DNA of 32,000 nucleotides from Neisseria sicca (GTDB lineage Bacteria; Pseudomonadota; Gammaproteobacteria; Burkholderiales; Neisseriaceae): NCBI RefSeq assembly GCF_014054945.1, contig NZ_CP059566.1, positions 2,142,729 to 2,174,728 of the forward strand, read 5' to 3'. Shown piece by piece: positions 23,836 to 32,000 of this stretch (position 1 is its first letter; each line of letters starts with the position of its first letter). The notes under the pieces were generated by a model. It saw only the letters and a program-made list of their open reading frames with translations, ran no database searches and was not told where the DNA came from. The position numbers and the translations under genes were made by a program.

Positions 23836-25335
23836 ATGAATGTCCCGCTCCTCCTAACCGCCGCGCTCGCCTTTTTGTCCGGCGCGCTCATCACTTGGCT
23901 GCTCGCCCGCAACAAGGCGCAGACGCAGCAGTTTGCCCTGATGCAATCGCTTGCCGAGTGCCGCCAGCATCTTGAATTTGCCGAACAAAATCAGGCGCAA
24001 ACCGCATCCGAGCTTGCCGACGCGCGCTATCATGTCCAAGATTTGCAGGGCGAGTTGCAGGAATTGGGCAACCGCTTTGCCGCCGCCGAACGCCAAATCG
24101 GCTATCTTCAAGAGCGCGAACAGGAAGCAGGTCGTCTGAAACAAGATTACGCCGAGCTTCAGGAAAACGCGCACAACCTGCACGTCCGCAACGAACGCCT
24201 CCACATCCAACTCGAACAGGAACGCCTTGCCGCCGACGAAAAGCTCAAGCTCCTTGCCGAAGCCCGACAAAGCTTGGGCGACCAGTTCCAAAACCTCGCC
24301 AACACCATTTTGGAAGAGAAAAGCCGCCGCTTCACCGAGCAAAACCGCGACCACCTCAGCCAACTGCTGACCCCGCTCAACGAACGCATCCACGGCTTCA
24401 GCGAGCTGGTTCAGCAAACCTACGAAAAAGAAGCGCGCGAACGGCTGACCCTCGAAAACGAACTCAAACGCCTGCAAACCCTCAACACCCAACTGCACAG
24501 CGACGCCAAAGCCCTCACCGACGCGCTCACCGGCACGCAAAACAAAACCCAAGGCAACTGGGGCGAGATGATTTTGGAAAGCGTTTTGGAACATTCCGGC
24601 CTGCAAAAAGGACGCGAATACACCGTCCAAGCCGCCGCCGTCCGCCAAGAAGAAGACGGCGCGCGCCGCCTCCAGCCCGATGTCCTCGTCAACCTGCCCG
24701 AAGGCAAGCAAATCGTCATCGACTCCAAAGTCTCGCTGACCGCCTACGTCCGCTACACCCAAGCCGCCGACGCCGCAACCGCCGAGCGCGAACTCGCCGC
24801 CCACGTCGCCAGCATCCGCGCCCACATCCGCAGCCTGTCGCAAAAAGACTATACCGACCTCGAAGGCGTGCGCACGCTGGACTTCGTGTTTATGTTCATC
24901 CCCGTCGAACCCGCCTACCTGCTCGCCCTGCAACACGATGCCGTCCTGTTCCAAGAATGTTTCGACAAACGCATCATGCCGGTCGGCCCGAGTACGCTGC
25001 TCGCCACCCTGCGCACCGTCGCCCACATCTGGCGCAACGAACAGCAAAACCAAAACGCCCTCGCCATCGCGGCAGAAGGCGGCAGGCTTTACGACAAATT
25101 CACCGGCTTCGTCCAAACGCTCGAAAGCGTCGGCAAGAACATCGACCAAGCGCAAAGCCAGTTCCAACAAGCCTACAAACAGCTCTCGCAAGGACGCGGC
25201 AACCTCGTCAGCCGCGCCGAAAAACTGCGCGCGCTGGGCGTCAAAACCACCAAACGCCTGCAACGCGATTTGGTGGAAACCGCCCAAGAATCCGCCTTGC
25301 AGGATAAAGGTTTGTCGGAAGGGGAAGAAGATTGA
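23836..25335 (+). CDS. rmuC: DNA recombination protein RmuC, 499 aa
   Basis: ATG at 23836. There is an N-terminal TM helix (MNVPLLLTAALAFLSGALITWLL) and a long coiled-coil. The conserved RmuC C-terminal domain is present (..GNWGEMILESVLEHSGLQKGREY..RPDVLVNLPEGKQIVIDSKVSLTAY..DFVFMFIPVEPAY..VGPSTLLATLRTVAHIWRNEQQNQNA..GRLYDKF..). The ORF-track start at 23761 crosses a DUS. Confidence 0.9.
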   Translation: MNVPLLLTAALAFLSGALITWLLARNKAQTQQFALMQSLAECRQHLEFAEQNQAQTASELADARYHVQDLQGELQELGNRFAAAERQIGYLQEREQEAGRLKQDYAELQENAHNLHVRNERLHIQLEQERLAADEKLKLLAEARQSLGDQFQNLANTILEEKSRRFTEQNRDHLSQLLTPLNERIHGFSELVQQTYEKEARERLTLENELKRLQTLNTQLHSDAKALTDALTGTQNKTQGNWGEMILESVLEHSGLQKGREYTVQAAAVRQEEDGARRLQPDVLVNLPEGKQIVIDSKVSLTAYVRYTQAADAATAERELAAHVASIRAHIRSLSQKDYTDLEGVRTLDFVFMFIPVEPAYLLALQHDAVLFQECFDKRIMPVGPSTLLATLRTVAHIWRNEQQNQNALAIAAEGGRLYDKFTGFVQTLESVGKNIDQAQSQFQQAYKQLSQGRGNLVSRAEKLRALGVKTTKRLQRDLVETAQESALQDKGLSEGEED

Positions 25336-25401
25336 CGGTTTCTTCGTCGTCGGGTTTCAGACGACGGACCAAAGACAAAAAGGGCGCATGATGCGTCCTT
25401 T

Positions 25402-25558
25402 TATAGTGGATTAACTTTAAACCAGGACAAGGCGACAAAGCCGCAGACAGTACAGATAGTACGGAACCGATTCACTTGGTGCTTCAGCACCTTAGAGAAT
25501 CGTTCTCTTTGAGCTAAGGCGAGGCAACGCCGTACTGGTTTAAAGTTAATCTACTGTA
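25402..25558. mobile_element. Full-length Correia repeat-enclosed element (~157 bp)
   Basis: TATAGTGGATTAAC..CAGGACAAGGCGACAAAGCCGCAGACAGTACAGATAGTACGGAACCGATTCACTTGGTGCTTCAGCACCTTAGAGAATCGTTCTCTTTGAGCTAAGGCGAGGCAACGCCGTACTGG..TTAATCTACTGTA closely matches the canonical long Correia sequence. Confidence 0.92.
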
Positions 25559-25633
25559 TCGTTTCAAACCTTATTCGCCAGCAATCCGCGTTTCTAGCTG
25601 TCGGAGGAAAGAACAAGTATCACGGCGGTAAAA

Positions 25634-25695
25634 AGGTCGTCTGAAAAACGGCGGGTCAGGTATGAATTGCTTACCACGCCGTTTTCAGACGACCT
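25634..25695. terminator. Long-loop inverted DUS pair between the convergent rmuC and msrAB genes
   Basis: AGGTCGTCTGAA at 25634-25645 pairs with TTCAGACGACCT at 25684-25695. The stem is extended by AAAACGGCG..CGCCGTTTT. Confidence 0.5.
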
Positions 25696-25712
25696 TTCGT
25701 GCTATCGCGCCT

Positions 25713-27281
25713 TTATTTCACTTTGCCCTTCAACGCGCCGTAGCCTGCCGCGTCCATTTGTTCCAGCGGGATGAATTTCAGGCTCGCGCCATTGATGCAG
25801 TAGCGCAGGCCGCCTTTGTCTTTGGGGCCGTCGGGGAAGACGTGTCCCAAGTGCGAATCGGCGGCGTGGCTGCGCACTTCGGTGCGGCGCATGTTGTAGC
25901 TGAAATCGTCGTGTTCGGTAACGGCGGCGGCGTTAATCGGGCGGGTGAAGCTCGGCCAGCCGCAGCCGGAATCGAATTTGTCGGCGGAAGAAAACAAGGG
26001 TTCGCCGCTGACGACGTCCACGTAAATGCCGGGTTTGAACAGATGGTCGTATTCGTGGCTGAAGGCGTATTCGGTCGCGCTTTTTTGGGTAACTTGGTAT
26101 TGCTCTTCGGTCAGGATGCGTTTGAGTTCGGCATCACTGGGCTTTTTATACGTTGCCGCGTCGAAGCCTTTGCCTTGCGGGGCGGCTTTGGTTTTGCCCG
26201 GCAGCGGTTCGTCGGCTTTGCGGATGTCGATGTGGCAGTAGCCGTTGGGGTTTTTAATCAGGTAGTCCTGATGGTATTCCTCGGCATCGTAGAAGTTTTT
26301 CAGCGGCTCGTTTTCGACGACGAGGGGCTGTTTGTATTTTTGCTGCTCACGTTTGAGGGCGGCGGCGATGACGGCTTTTTCGGCGGGATCGGTGTAGTAC
26401 ACGCCGCTGCGGTATTGCGTGCCGGTGTCGTTGCCTTGTTTGTTGAGGCTGGTCGGATCAACGACGCGGAAATAGTATTGCAGGATGTCGTCGAGGCTGA
26501 GTTTGTCGGCATCGTAGGTCACTTTGACGGTCTCGGCATGGCCCGTATCGCGGTAGGACACGTCTTCGTAGCTCGGATTTTTCGTTTTGCCGTTGGCGTA
26601 GCCGGATACTGCGTCAACCACACCGTCTATGCGTTGGAAATAGGCTTCCAAGCCCCAGAAGCAGCCGCCGGCGAGGTAGATGGTGCGCGTATTCATGATT
26701 TTTGAATCCTTTTTCTGTGTGTCGGGTTTGTAGAACGCGTTTTTCAGACGACCTAAATCGGCATTCGGGTCGCGGATTAACGCCAATGCCTGCGCTTCGT
26801 TGATGCTGCCTTTGACGATGCGCTGTACGTCGCCGTCTTTACCGATTAACGCCCACGAGGGATAAACACTGATATTCAGGCTTTGGGCGATGGTGCCGCC
26901 GTTGTCGGTCACGACGGGCAGCTTGGGATAGTTCAAACCGGCATACCATTTCTGAAAGTCGCCGTCTTTTTTCTCATGCAAAAAGCCGGGGGAGGCGACG
27001 GTAATCAGGTTGGCGGAGCTGAACCGCTTATCCTGCGCCCATTTTTCGGTCTGCCCCAATTCGGACAGACACAAAGGACACCAGCTCGCCCAGAATTTAA
27101 TCAGGGTCGGTTTGTCTTTTTTCAAATAAACGCTGGCGGGGCGGTTGTCCGCGGTTTTCAAAGTGGACAAAGTGTGCGGCACGGTCGCGGCTTCGGCATC
27201 GGCGATTTTGGGCGAACAAGCACCCAGCGCAAACAGACAGCCGAACTTGGCGCAAAGGGAAAAGAAGGTACGGGGTTTCAT
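25713..27281 (-). CDS. msrAB: Trifunctional thioredoxin / methionine sulfoxide reductase A / B (Neisseria PilB-type MsrAB), 522 aa
   Basis: ATG at 27281 follows AGGAAA. A lipoprotein-type signal is present ([10 protein letters not shown]). The thioredoxin-like domain has WASWCPLC. The MsrA domain has ..[21 protein letters not shown].. The MsrB domain has ..[38 protein letters not shown].. The 522-aa length matches Neisseria PilB/MsrAB. Confidence 0.93.
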   Translation of the reverse strand: MKPRTFFSLCAKFGCLFALGACSPKIADAEAATVPHTLSTLKTADNRPASVYLKKDKPTLIKFWASWCPLCLSELGQTEKWAQDKRFSSANLITVASPGFLHEKKDGDFQKWYAGLNYPKLPVVTDNGGTIAQSLNISVYPSWALIGKDGDVQRIVKGSINEAQALALIRDPNADLGRLKNAFYKPDTQKKDSKIMNTRTIYLAGGCFWGLEAYFQRIDGVVDAVSGYANGKTKNPSYEDVSYRDTGHAETVKVTYDADKLSLDDILQYYFRVVDPTSLNKQGNDTGTQYRSGVYYTDPAEKAVIAAALKREQQKYKQPLVVENEPLKNFYDAEEYHQDYLIKNPNGYCHIDIRKADEPLPGKTKAAPQGKGFDAATYKKPSDAELKRILTEEQYQVTQKSATEYAFSHEYDHLFKPGIYVDVVSGEPLFSSADKFDSGCGWPSFTRPINAAAVTEHDDFSYNMRRTEVRSHAADSHLGHVFPDGPKDKGGLRYCINGASLKFIPLEQMDAAGYGALKGKVK

Positions 27282-27487
27282 CTCTATGTTTCCTGTGTGG
27301 ACGGTTTGTATGATTAGACGTTGTAAATGCCCAAACCTTACAGCCTTGTACATAAAAAAGCAAAAGGTCGTCTGAAAACAAACGCCCATATTATTAAATT
27401 TGCATTCTCAAACAGCATTTTCATTGCAGCGGCGGCATAAAAAGCATACACTGACTACACACGACTACAACAACAGGAGAACTTGAA

Positions 27488-28930
27488 ATGAAACAATTGG
27501 CCATGTACATCAACGGACGCTTTGAAAACGATTTCAACGGCGAATGGCGCGATGTATTGAACCCGTCCACTGAAGAGGCCATCGCCCGCGAACCCAAAGG
27601 CGGCAAAGCGGACGTTGACCGTGCCGTAGCGGCGGCGCGTGCGGCGCAACCGGCATGGGAGCGGCTGCCTGCGGTCGAACGCGGCGCGTATTTGCGCAAA
27701 ATCGCCCAAGGCATACGCGAACGCGCCGACGAGCTGACCGACACCATCGTTGCCGAAGGCGGCAAAACCAAAGACTTGGCGCGCGTGGAAGTCATGTTCA
27801 CCGCCGACTATCTCGATTACCAAGCCGAATGGGCGCGCCGTTATGAAGGCGAAATCATCCAAAGCGACCGCCCGCGCGAAAACATTTTATTGTTTAAACG
27901 TCCGCTGGGCGTCGTGGCAGGCATCCTGCCGTGGAACTTCCCCTTCTTCCTGATTGCCCGCAAAATGGGTCCCGCTTTGGTCACGGGCAACACCATCGTC
28001 GTCAAACCCAGCAGCGTGACCCCGATCAACTGCCACATCTTCGCCGAAATCGTCGATGCGGTCGGACTGCCCGCAGGCGTGTTCAACGTGGTGAACGGCC
28101 CCGGCGCGGAAATCGGCAACGCCTTGTCCGCCCATCCGCAAGTCGATATGGTCAGCCTGACCGGCTCCGTCGAAGCAGGCCGCCAAGTGATGGAAGCGGC
28201 TTCCGCCAACATCACCAAAGTCTCGTTGGAACTCGGCGGCAAAGCGCCCGCCATCGTTTTGAAAGACGCGGATTTGGACTTGGCAGTGAAATCCATCTTG
28301 GCTTCGCGCGTCGGCAACACCGGTCAAATCTGCAACTGCGCCGAGCGCGTCTATGTCCACAGCAGCCTGAAAGACGCGTTCATTGAAAAAATGACCGCCG
28401 CCATGAAAGGCGTGCGCTACGGCAATCCTGCCGAAGCCGAAGCAGGCGCGCTGGAAATGGGCCCACTGATTGAAGAGCGCGCCGTCAAAGCCGTTGCCGA
28501 AAAAGTGGAACGCGCCGTCAAACAAGGTGCGACGCTGGTCTGCGGCGGCAAACGCGCCGAAGGACGCGGCTATTTCTTCGAACCGACCCTGCTGACCGAC
28601 ACCGACAACAACATGGACATCATGAAGGAAGAAACCTTCGGCCCCGTCCTGCCTGTTTCCACTTTCGACACGCTCGACCAAGTCATCGCCTTGGCAAACG
28701 ACTGCGAATTCGGTCTGACCAGCTCCGTGTACACCACCAACCTGAACGAAGCCTTCTACGTCACCCGCCGCCTGCAATTCGGCGAAACCTACATCAACCG
28801 CGAAAACTTCGAAGCCATGCAGGGCTTCCATGCGGGCTGGAAAAAATCCGGTATCGGCGGCGCGGACGGCAAACACGGTTTGGAAGAATATCTGCAAACC
28901 CAAGTCGTTTATCTGGAAACCAATATTTGA
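27488..28930 (+). CDS. aldA: NAD-dependent aldehyde (lactaldehyde) dehydrogenase, AldA-like, 480 aa
   Basis: RBS AGGAGA precedes the ATG. There is extensive near-identity to remembered E. coli AldA segments (FTADYLDYQAEWARRYEGEIIQSDRPRENILLFKRPLGVVAGILPWNFPFFLIARKM; ELGGKAPAIV; QICNCAERVYV; FGETYINRENFEAMQGFHAGWKKSGIGGADGKHGLEEYLQTQVVYL). Confidence 0.9.
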   Translation: MKQLAMYINGRFENDFNGEWRDVLNPSTEEAIAREPKGGKADVDRAVAAARAAQPAWERLPAVERGAYLRKIAQGIRERADELTDTIVAEGGKTKDLARVEVMFTADYLDYQAEWARRYEGEIIQSDRPRENILLFKRPLGVVAGILPWNFPFFLIARKMGPALVTGNTIVVKPSSVTPINCHIFAEIVDAVGLPAGVFNVVNGPGAEIGNALSAHPQVDMVSLTGSVEAGRQVMEAASANITKVSLELGGKAPAIVLKDADLDLAVKSILASRVGNTGQICNCAERVYVHSSLKDAFIEKMTAAMKGVRYGNPAEAEAGALEMGPLIEERAVKAVAEKVERAVKQGATLVCGGKRAEGRGYFFEPTLLTDTDNNMDIMKEETFGPVLPVSTFDTLDQVIALANDCEFGLTSSVYTTNLNEAFYVTRRLQFGETYINRENFEAMQGFHAGWKKSGIGGADGKHGLEEYLQTQVVYLETNI

Positions 28931-28955
28931 TAACGCCTTGATGTGTTGACATAAA

Positions 28956-28983
28956 AGGTCGTCTGAAAATTTTCAGACGACCT
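28956..28983. terminator. Tight inverted DUS pair flanked by A-run and T-run; bidirectional terminator for convergent aldA and the ABC ATPase gene
   Basis: AAAAGGTCGTCTGAAAATTTTCAGACGACCTTTTTT. Confidence 0.72.
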
Positions 28984-29028
28984 TTTTTGATTTGCCCGAC
29001 GGGTCAAACGACGGCGGGACACGAAACA

Positions 29029-29967
29029 TCATCGCAACGGTTCAAACCAGACGATTTGTCCTTTATCGATATGTATCGGCACGGTATCGCCGGCGGGAAG
29101 GTAGCCGGCGGGCAGCAGGGTGGTCAGTTCGCCGTATTCGGGATGGGCGAAGGTCAGACGCAGGCTGTCGGGTAAGGGGGTGAGGGACAGGATGCGGCAG
29201 GGTGTGCCTTGCGGGTCGGGACGGATGGCGTGTGTCGGGATGTGGTGCGCATCGTCGGTGTTGGGCAGCCCGAGCAGGCGGGCGGCTTGGGCGTCGGCCG
29301 GGCGGCGGAAGAGTTCGGCGGGCGTGCCGTATTGGAGGATGCGCCCTTCGTGCATGAGGGCGATATGGTCTGCCAGCGCGGCGGCTTCTTCGGGGGAATG
29401 GGTTACGAGGACGGCGGGGATGTTTTGACGGCGGATGCTCTCGTCGGTCAGGCGGTAGAGGGTGTGGCGCAGGTGGGTGTCGAGGCTGGAGAAGGCTTCG
29501 TCCAAGAGGAGCAGGGACGGCTTGATAATCAGGGCGCGGGCGAGGGCGAGGCGTTGCTGTTCGCCGCCGGAGAGGCTGCCGGGTTTGCGGCGGGCTTCGT
29601 TTTCCAAACCGATGTCGCGCAGCGCCTGCATGGTTTGTGCTTCGATTTCGGCTTTGGGCAGGCGGCGCATTTTGAGTCCGAAGCCGACGTTTTCTTGGGC
29701 GGTCAGGTGCGGGAACAGGGCGTAGTCTTGAAACATCAGCGAGACGTTGCGCTTTTCGGGCGGGACGGCGGTGATGTTCTGCCCGTCCAGCCAGACTTCG
29801 CCGCTGTCGGGTTTGACGATGCCTGCAATGATTTTGAGCAGGGTGGATTTGCCGCAGCCGGAGCGTCCGAGGACGGCAAGGGTTTCGCCTGCGGACACGG
29901 TCAGGCTGATGCGGTCGGCGACGGTTTTGCTGTCGAAGCGTTTGCAGATGTCGGTAAGTCGGAGCAT
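29029..29967 (-). CDS. ABC transporter ATP-binding protein (importer type, CysA/PotA/FbpC-like, with a short C-terminal regulatory-type domain), 312 aa
   Basis: Walker A GRSGCGKST, Q-loop MFQDYALFPH, signature LSGGEQQR, Walker B LLLLDEA and the H-loop VTHS are all present. No permease or binding-protein gene is adjacent. Confidence 0.88.
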   Translation of the reverse strand: MLRLTDICKRFDSKTVADRISLTVSAGETLAVLGRSGCGKSTLLKIIAGIVKPDSGEVWLDGQNITAVPPEKRNVSLMFQDYALFPHLTAQENVGFGLKMRRLPKAEIEAQTMQALRDIGLENEARRKPGSLSGGEQQRLALARALIIKPSLLLLDEAFSSLDTHLRHTLYRLTDESIRRQNIPAVLVTHSPEEAAALADHIALMHEGRILQYGTPAELFRRPADAQAARLLGLPNTDDAHHIPTHAIRPDPQGTPCRILSLTPLPDSLRLTFAHPEYGELTTLLPAGYLPAGDTVPIHIDKGQIVWFEPLR

Positions 29968-30049
29968 GGGTTTCAGACGACCTTTTCGGGAATCGGGAAA
30001 GGAAAACGGCGGGGCGTTAATGGTTTTGTACTGTTTTATTTTTCGGCGT

Positions 30050-30928
30050 TCAGCGGCAAAGGCTTTCCAGCCAAAGGCTTAGCGGATGCTGCCTGTCGAG
30101 CACGCCGTATCGTTTGAGGGCTTCGAGGGTAACGAGCTGGGCATCGTGCATCATGGTTTGGGACAACATGGTTTCGACGAGTTGCGAAACGTTCATCAAT
30201 TCAAACCCTGCGACTTCGCCGTCTTGGTTTTCGGGGCGGACGGATTCGGGCAGGACGATGTCGAAGATGTGCAGGATTTCGTTGTGGATGCCGCGCGATA
30301 CGGGGCGCAGGCTGTGGATTCGGGCGGCGGCTCGGAGGTTGTCGAGGGCGGGCGGCATCAGTCCGGCTTCTTCTTCGCTTTCGCGGCAGACGGCTTCAAA
30401 CGGGGTTTCTCCGCTGGCAATGCCGCCGCCGACGAGGTTGTCGAGTTTGTCGGGATCGACGGCTTTGTGCGGGCTGCGGCGGCCTATCCAAAAATGCCAG
30501 CCGCCGTCGGTTTGCACCAGTCCGTTGAGGTGGACGGCTTGGCTCATGAGTCCGAACGGGCGGAAGGCGGCGCGTTCCAACGCAAAGAGAACCTTGCCCG
30601 CGTCGTCGCACACGTCAAACTTTTCGTCGCGCCAGCCGTGCAGCAGTCCGAGGCTTTTCCATTCGTGCGCCAAGTGCTGCAAACTGTCGCCCATCGCCAG
30701 CCAGTTGTCCGTTTGCAGGCAGAGGTCGTCTGAAATTTCAGAAAGCCCTTCCTGCCAGTCTTGTTTGATCCGTTCGCGCCAAAACGGATTCAGACGACCC
30801 AAAGCCAGTCCGTTCAGATAGAGCGTGTTCCAGTCGTCCGAGGCGCCGTAACTTGCCCGCGCCCAATCGTAGAGCGCGTCGTGGGTGCGGCGGTCGAGCG
30901 TTTCGGAAAAACAAGGGCGCGAAGACAT
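30050..30928 (-). CDS. Nudix hydrolase with an N-terminal DUF4743-like domain (yeast YJR142W-like type), 292 aa
   Basis: RBS GAGGAA precedes the ATG. The Nudix box is GGGIASGETPFEAVCRESEEEAGL (GX5EX7REUXEEXGU). An N-terminal domain of about 130 aa precedes it. The DUF4743 assignment is from memory. Confidence 0.78.
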   Translation of the reverse strand: MSSRPCFSETLDRRTHDALYDWARASYGASDDWNTLYLNGLALGRLNPFWRERIKQDWQEGLSEISDDLCLQTDNWLAMGDSLQHLAHEWKSLGLLHGWRDEKFDVCDDAGKVLFALERAAFRPFGLMSQAVHLNGLVQTDGGWHFWIGRRSPHKAVDPDKLDNLVGGGIASGETPFEAVCRESEEEAGLMPPALDNLRAAARIHSLRPVSRGIHNEILHIFDIVLPESVRPENQDGEVAGFELMNVSQLVETMLSQTMMHDAQLVTLEALKRYGVLDRQHPLSLWLESLCR

Positions 30929-31041
30929 GGCTGTTCCTCAATCCAATCAATACATAATCATAAAGCGGATTGTATCTGCTCCGCTTCAATTTGCAACCAA
31001 TCGGCGGCGCACGCTGCAAAGCCAAACCGCCCGAAAACCGC

Positions 31042-31047
31042 TATAAT
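31042..31047 (+). promoter_or_regulatory. Candidate -10 box (TATAAT) upstream of the carbonic anhydrase gene
   Basis: A perfect TATAAT lies 29 nt upstream of the ATG at 31076. The -35 is weak. Confidence 0.3.
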
Positions 31048-31075
31048 CGTCCCATTCTTTCGGAGGTCCAACACC

Positions 31076-31672
31076 ATGAGCGAATTGAGCGAAATTCTCG
31101 CCTATAACCAAAATTTTGTCGAATCGGGCGAATACGAAAAATATTTCACTGACAAATATCCCGGCCGCGAATTGGCCATCCTGTCCTGCATGGACGCGCG
31201 CATCATCGAGCTGCTGCCCGACGCGCTCGGACTGAAAAACGGCGACGCCAAGCTCATCAAAAACGCCGGCGCAGTCGTTACCCATCCCTGGGGGTCAGTC
31301 ATGCACAGCCTTTTGGTCGCCGTGTTCGAACTCAAAGTCAAAGAAATCATGGTCATCGCCCACCACGACTGCGGCATGAAGGGACTGAACGCCGCCGGTT
31401 TCCTTGAAAAAGTACACGAAAGCGACATCCCCGACGACCGCATCGAAACCCTGCGCAACGCCGGCATAGACCTCGACGACTGGCTGACCGGTTTCGACAA
31501 CGTAGAAGACAGCGTCCGCCACACCGTCAAAGTCATCCGCAACCACCCGCTCATGCCCGCCGACATCGCCGTCCACGGACTCGTCATCCACCCGACCACC
31601 GGCAAACTCACCCTGGTTGTCGACGGCAGCCCCGAGGCAAAAAGCCTTTCAGACGACCCCGCCAACCCATAA
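31076..31672 (+). CDS. Beta-class carbonic anhydrase, 198 aa
   Basis: RBS GGAGG precedes the ATG. The zinc-ligand motifs of beta-CAs are present: SCMDAR (CxDxR) and HHDCGM (HxxC). The ORF-track start at 30761 is far upstream and antisense to the Nudix gene. Confidence 0.85.
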   Translation: MSELSEILAYNQNFVESGEYEKYFTDKYPGRELAILSCMDARIIELLPDALGLKNGDAKLIKNAGAVVTHPWGSVMHSLLVAVFELKVKEIMVIAHHDCGMKGLNAAGFLEKVHESDIPDDRIETLRNAGIDLDDWLTGFDNVEDSVRHTVKVIRNHPLMPADIAVHGLVIHPTTGKLTLVVDGSPEAKSLSDDPANP

Positions 31673-31729
31673 ACCCGAAAGGTCGTCTGAAACCCAAACA
31701 GAGCGCACACCCCACACCCAAGGACACCC

Positions 31730-32000
31730 ATGAAAAACATCGGACTTTTCGGCGGCACCTTCGACCCCATCCACAACGGCCACCTCCACATCGCCCGCGC
31801 CTTCGCCGACGAAATCGGACTCGACACCGTCGTCTTCCTGCCCGCAGGCGACCCCTACCACAAAGACCCGTCCCGCGCCTGTGCCCAAGACCGCCTCATC
31901 ATGACCGAACTCGCCATCGCCGACGACCCCCGCTTCGCCGCCAGCGACTGCGACATCGTCCGCGAAGGCGCGACGTACACCTTCGACACCGTCCAAATCT
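31730..32000 (+). CDS. nadD: Nicotinate-nucleotide adenylyltransferase NadD, N-terminal 90 aa (runs off the window; not in the ORF track)
   Basis: Translated by hand: MKNIGLFGGTFDPIHNGHLHIARAFADEIGLDTVVFLPAGDPYHKD.. It contains the (H/T)xGH nucleotidyltransferase motif GGTFDPIHNGH that is diagnostic of NadD. Confidence 0.85.
   Translation, partial: MKNIGLFGGTFDPIHNGHLHIARAFADEIGLDTVVFLPAGDPYHKDPSRACAQDRLIMTELAIADDPRFAASDCDIVREGATYTFDTVQI

Noticed and set aside
27282-27487. A sigma-E (ECF)-type promoter for msrAB in the msrAB-aldA divergent region
   Set aside because: msrAB is known to be ECF sigma-dependent in the pathogenic Neisseria. A CGTCTAA motif is present on the minus strand about 30 nt upstream of the ATG. 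However, I could not find a convincing AAC-containing -35 at the right spacing, and I cannot recall the exact consensus, so I make no call.
1-32000. Possibility of a CRISPR array, given the many short repeated sequences
   Set aside because: The repeats are 10-12-bp DUS copies in both orientations, or Correia termini, scattered at irregular distances. There is no array of regularly spaced direct repeats of 24 bp or more with unique spacers, and no cas genes.
1-32000. tRNA, rRNA or other canonical RNA genes
   Set aside because: I found no cloverleaf-compatible segment with a GTTCGAATC/GGTTCGA-type T-arm in intergenic DNA. The one GGTTCGA match lies inside mutS. There are no rRNA-like stretches. 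A tRNAscan or Infernal run would be the definitive check.

Overview
This is a chromosomal segment from a Neisseria species. By eye there are about 55-60 copies of the 12-mer AGGTCGTCTGAA or its complement, which is the mucosa/sicca-type DNA uptake sequence (DUS) dialect, and only two canonical GCCGTCTGAA copies. There are also four Correia elements, one lone Correia terminal repeat and one degenerate Correia-like stretch.

Most of the window is core housekeeping. In order: mscS (5' partial), a small secreted hypothetical protein, a GlcG/HbpS-like protein, tamB, a YccS/YhfK-family membrane protein, mutS (-), a DUF4424-like secreted protein (-), a POT-family peptide transporter (-), a GNAT acetyltransferase, two M16 peptidases, murA, a DUF533/YebE-like protein, rmuC, msrAB/pilB (-), aldA, an ABC ATPase (-), a DUF4743-type Nudix hydrolase (-), a beta-carbonic anhydrase and nadD (3' partial, absent from the ORF track). 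Almost every gene ends in an inverted DUS pair that looks like a rho-independent terminator.

Two regions are not core.
- 22336-23380: three tandem paralogous 34-35 aa ORFs on the minus strand, all below the ORF-track size cutoff. The two closest copies differ almost only by synonymous changes. Each looks like a Sec signal peptide followed by a 12-13 aa cationic tail. Upstream lies an AT-rich region carrying two identical 17-bp direct repeats spaced 21 bp apart. This is my best candidate for an undescribed system; its function is unknown.
- 9530-10300: a low-GC cassette between yccS and mutS. It holds a 162-aa immunity-like ORF preceded by a 58-aa ORF that lacks an RBS and is truncated by a DUS. 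The cassette is bracketed by direct copies of a roughly 40-bp repeat. It resembles an orphan polymorphic-toxin CT/immunity module.

I found no rRNA, tRNA, CRISPR array, transposase or integrase.
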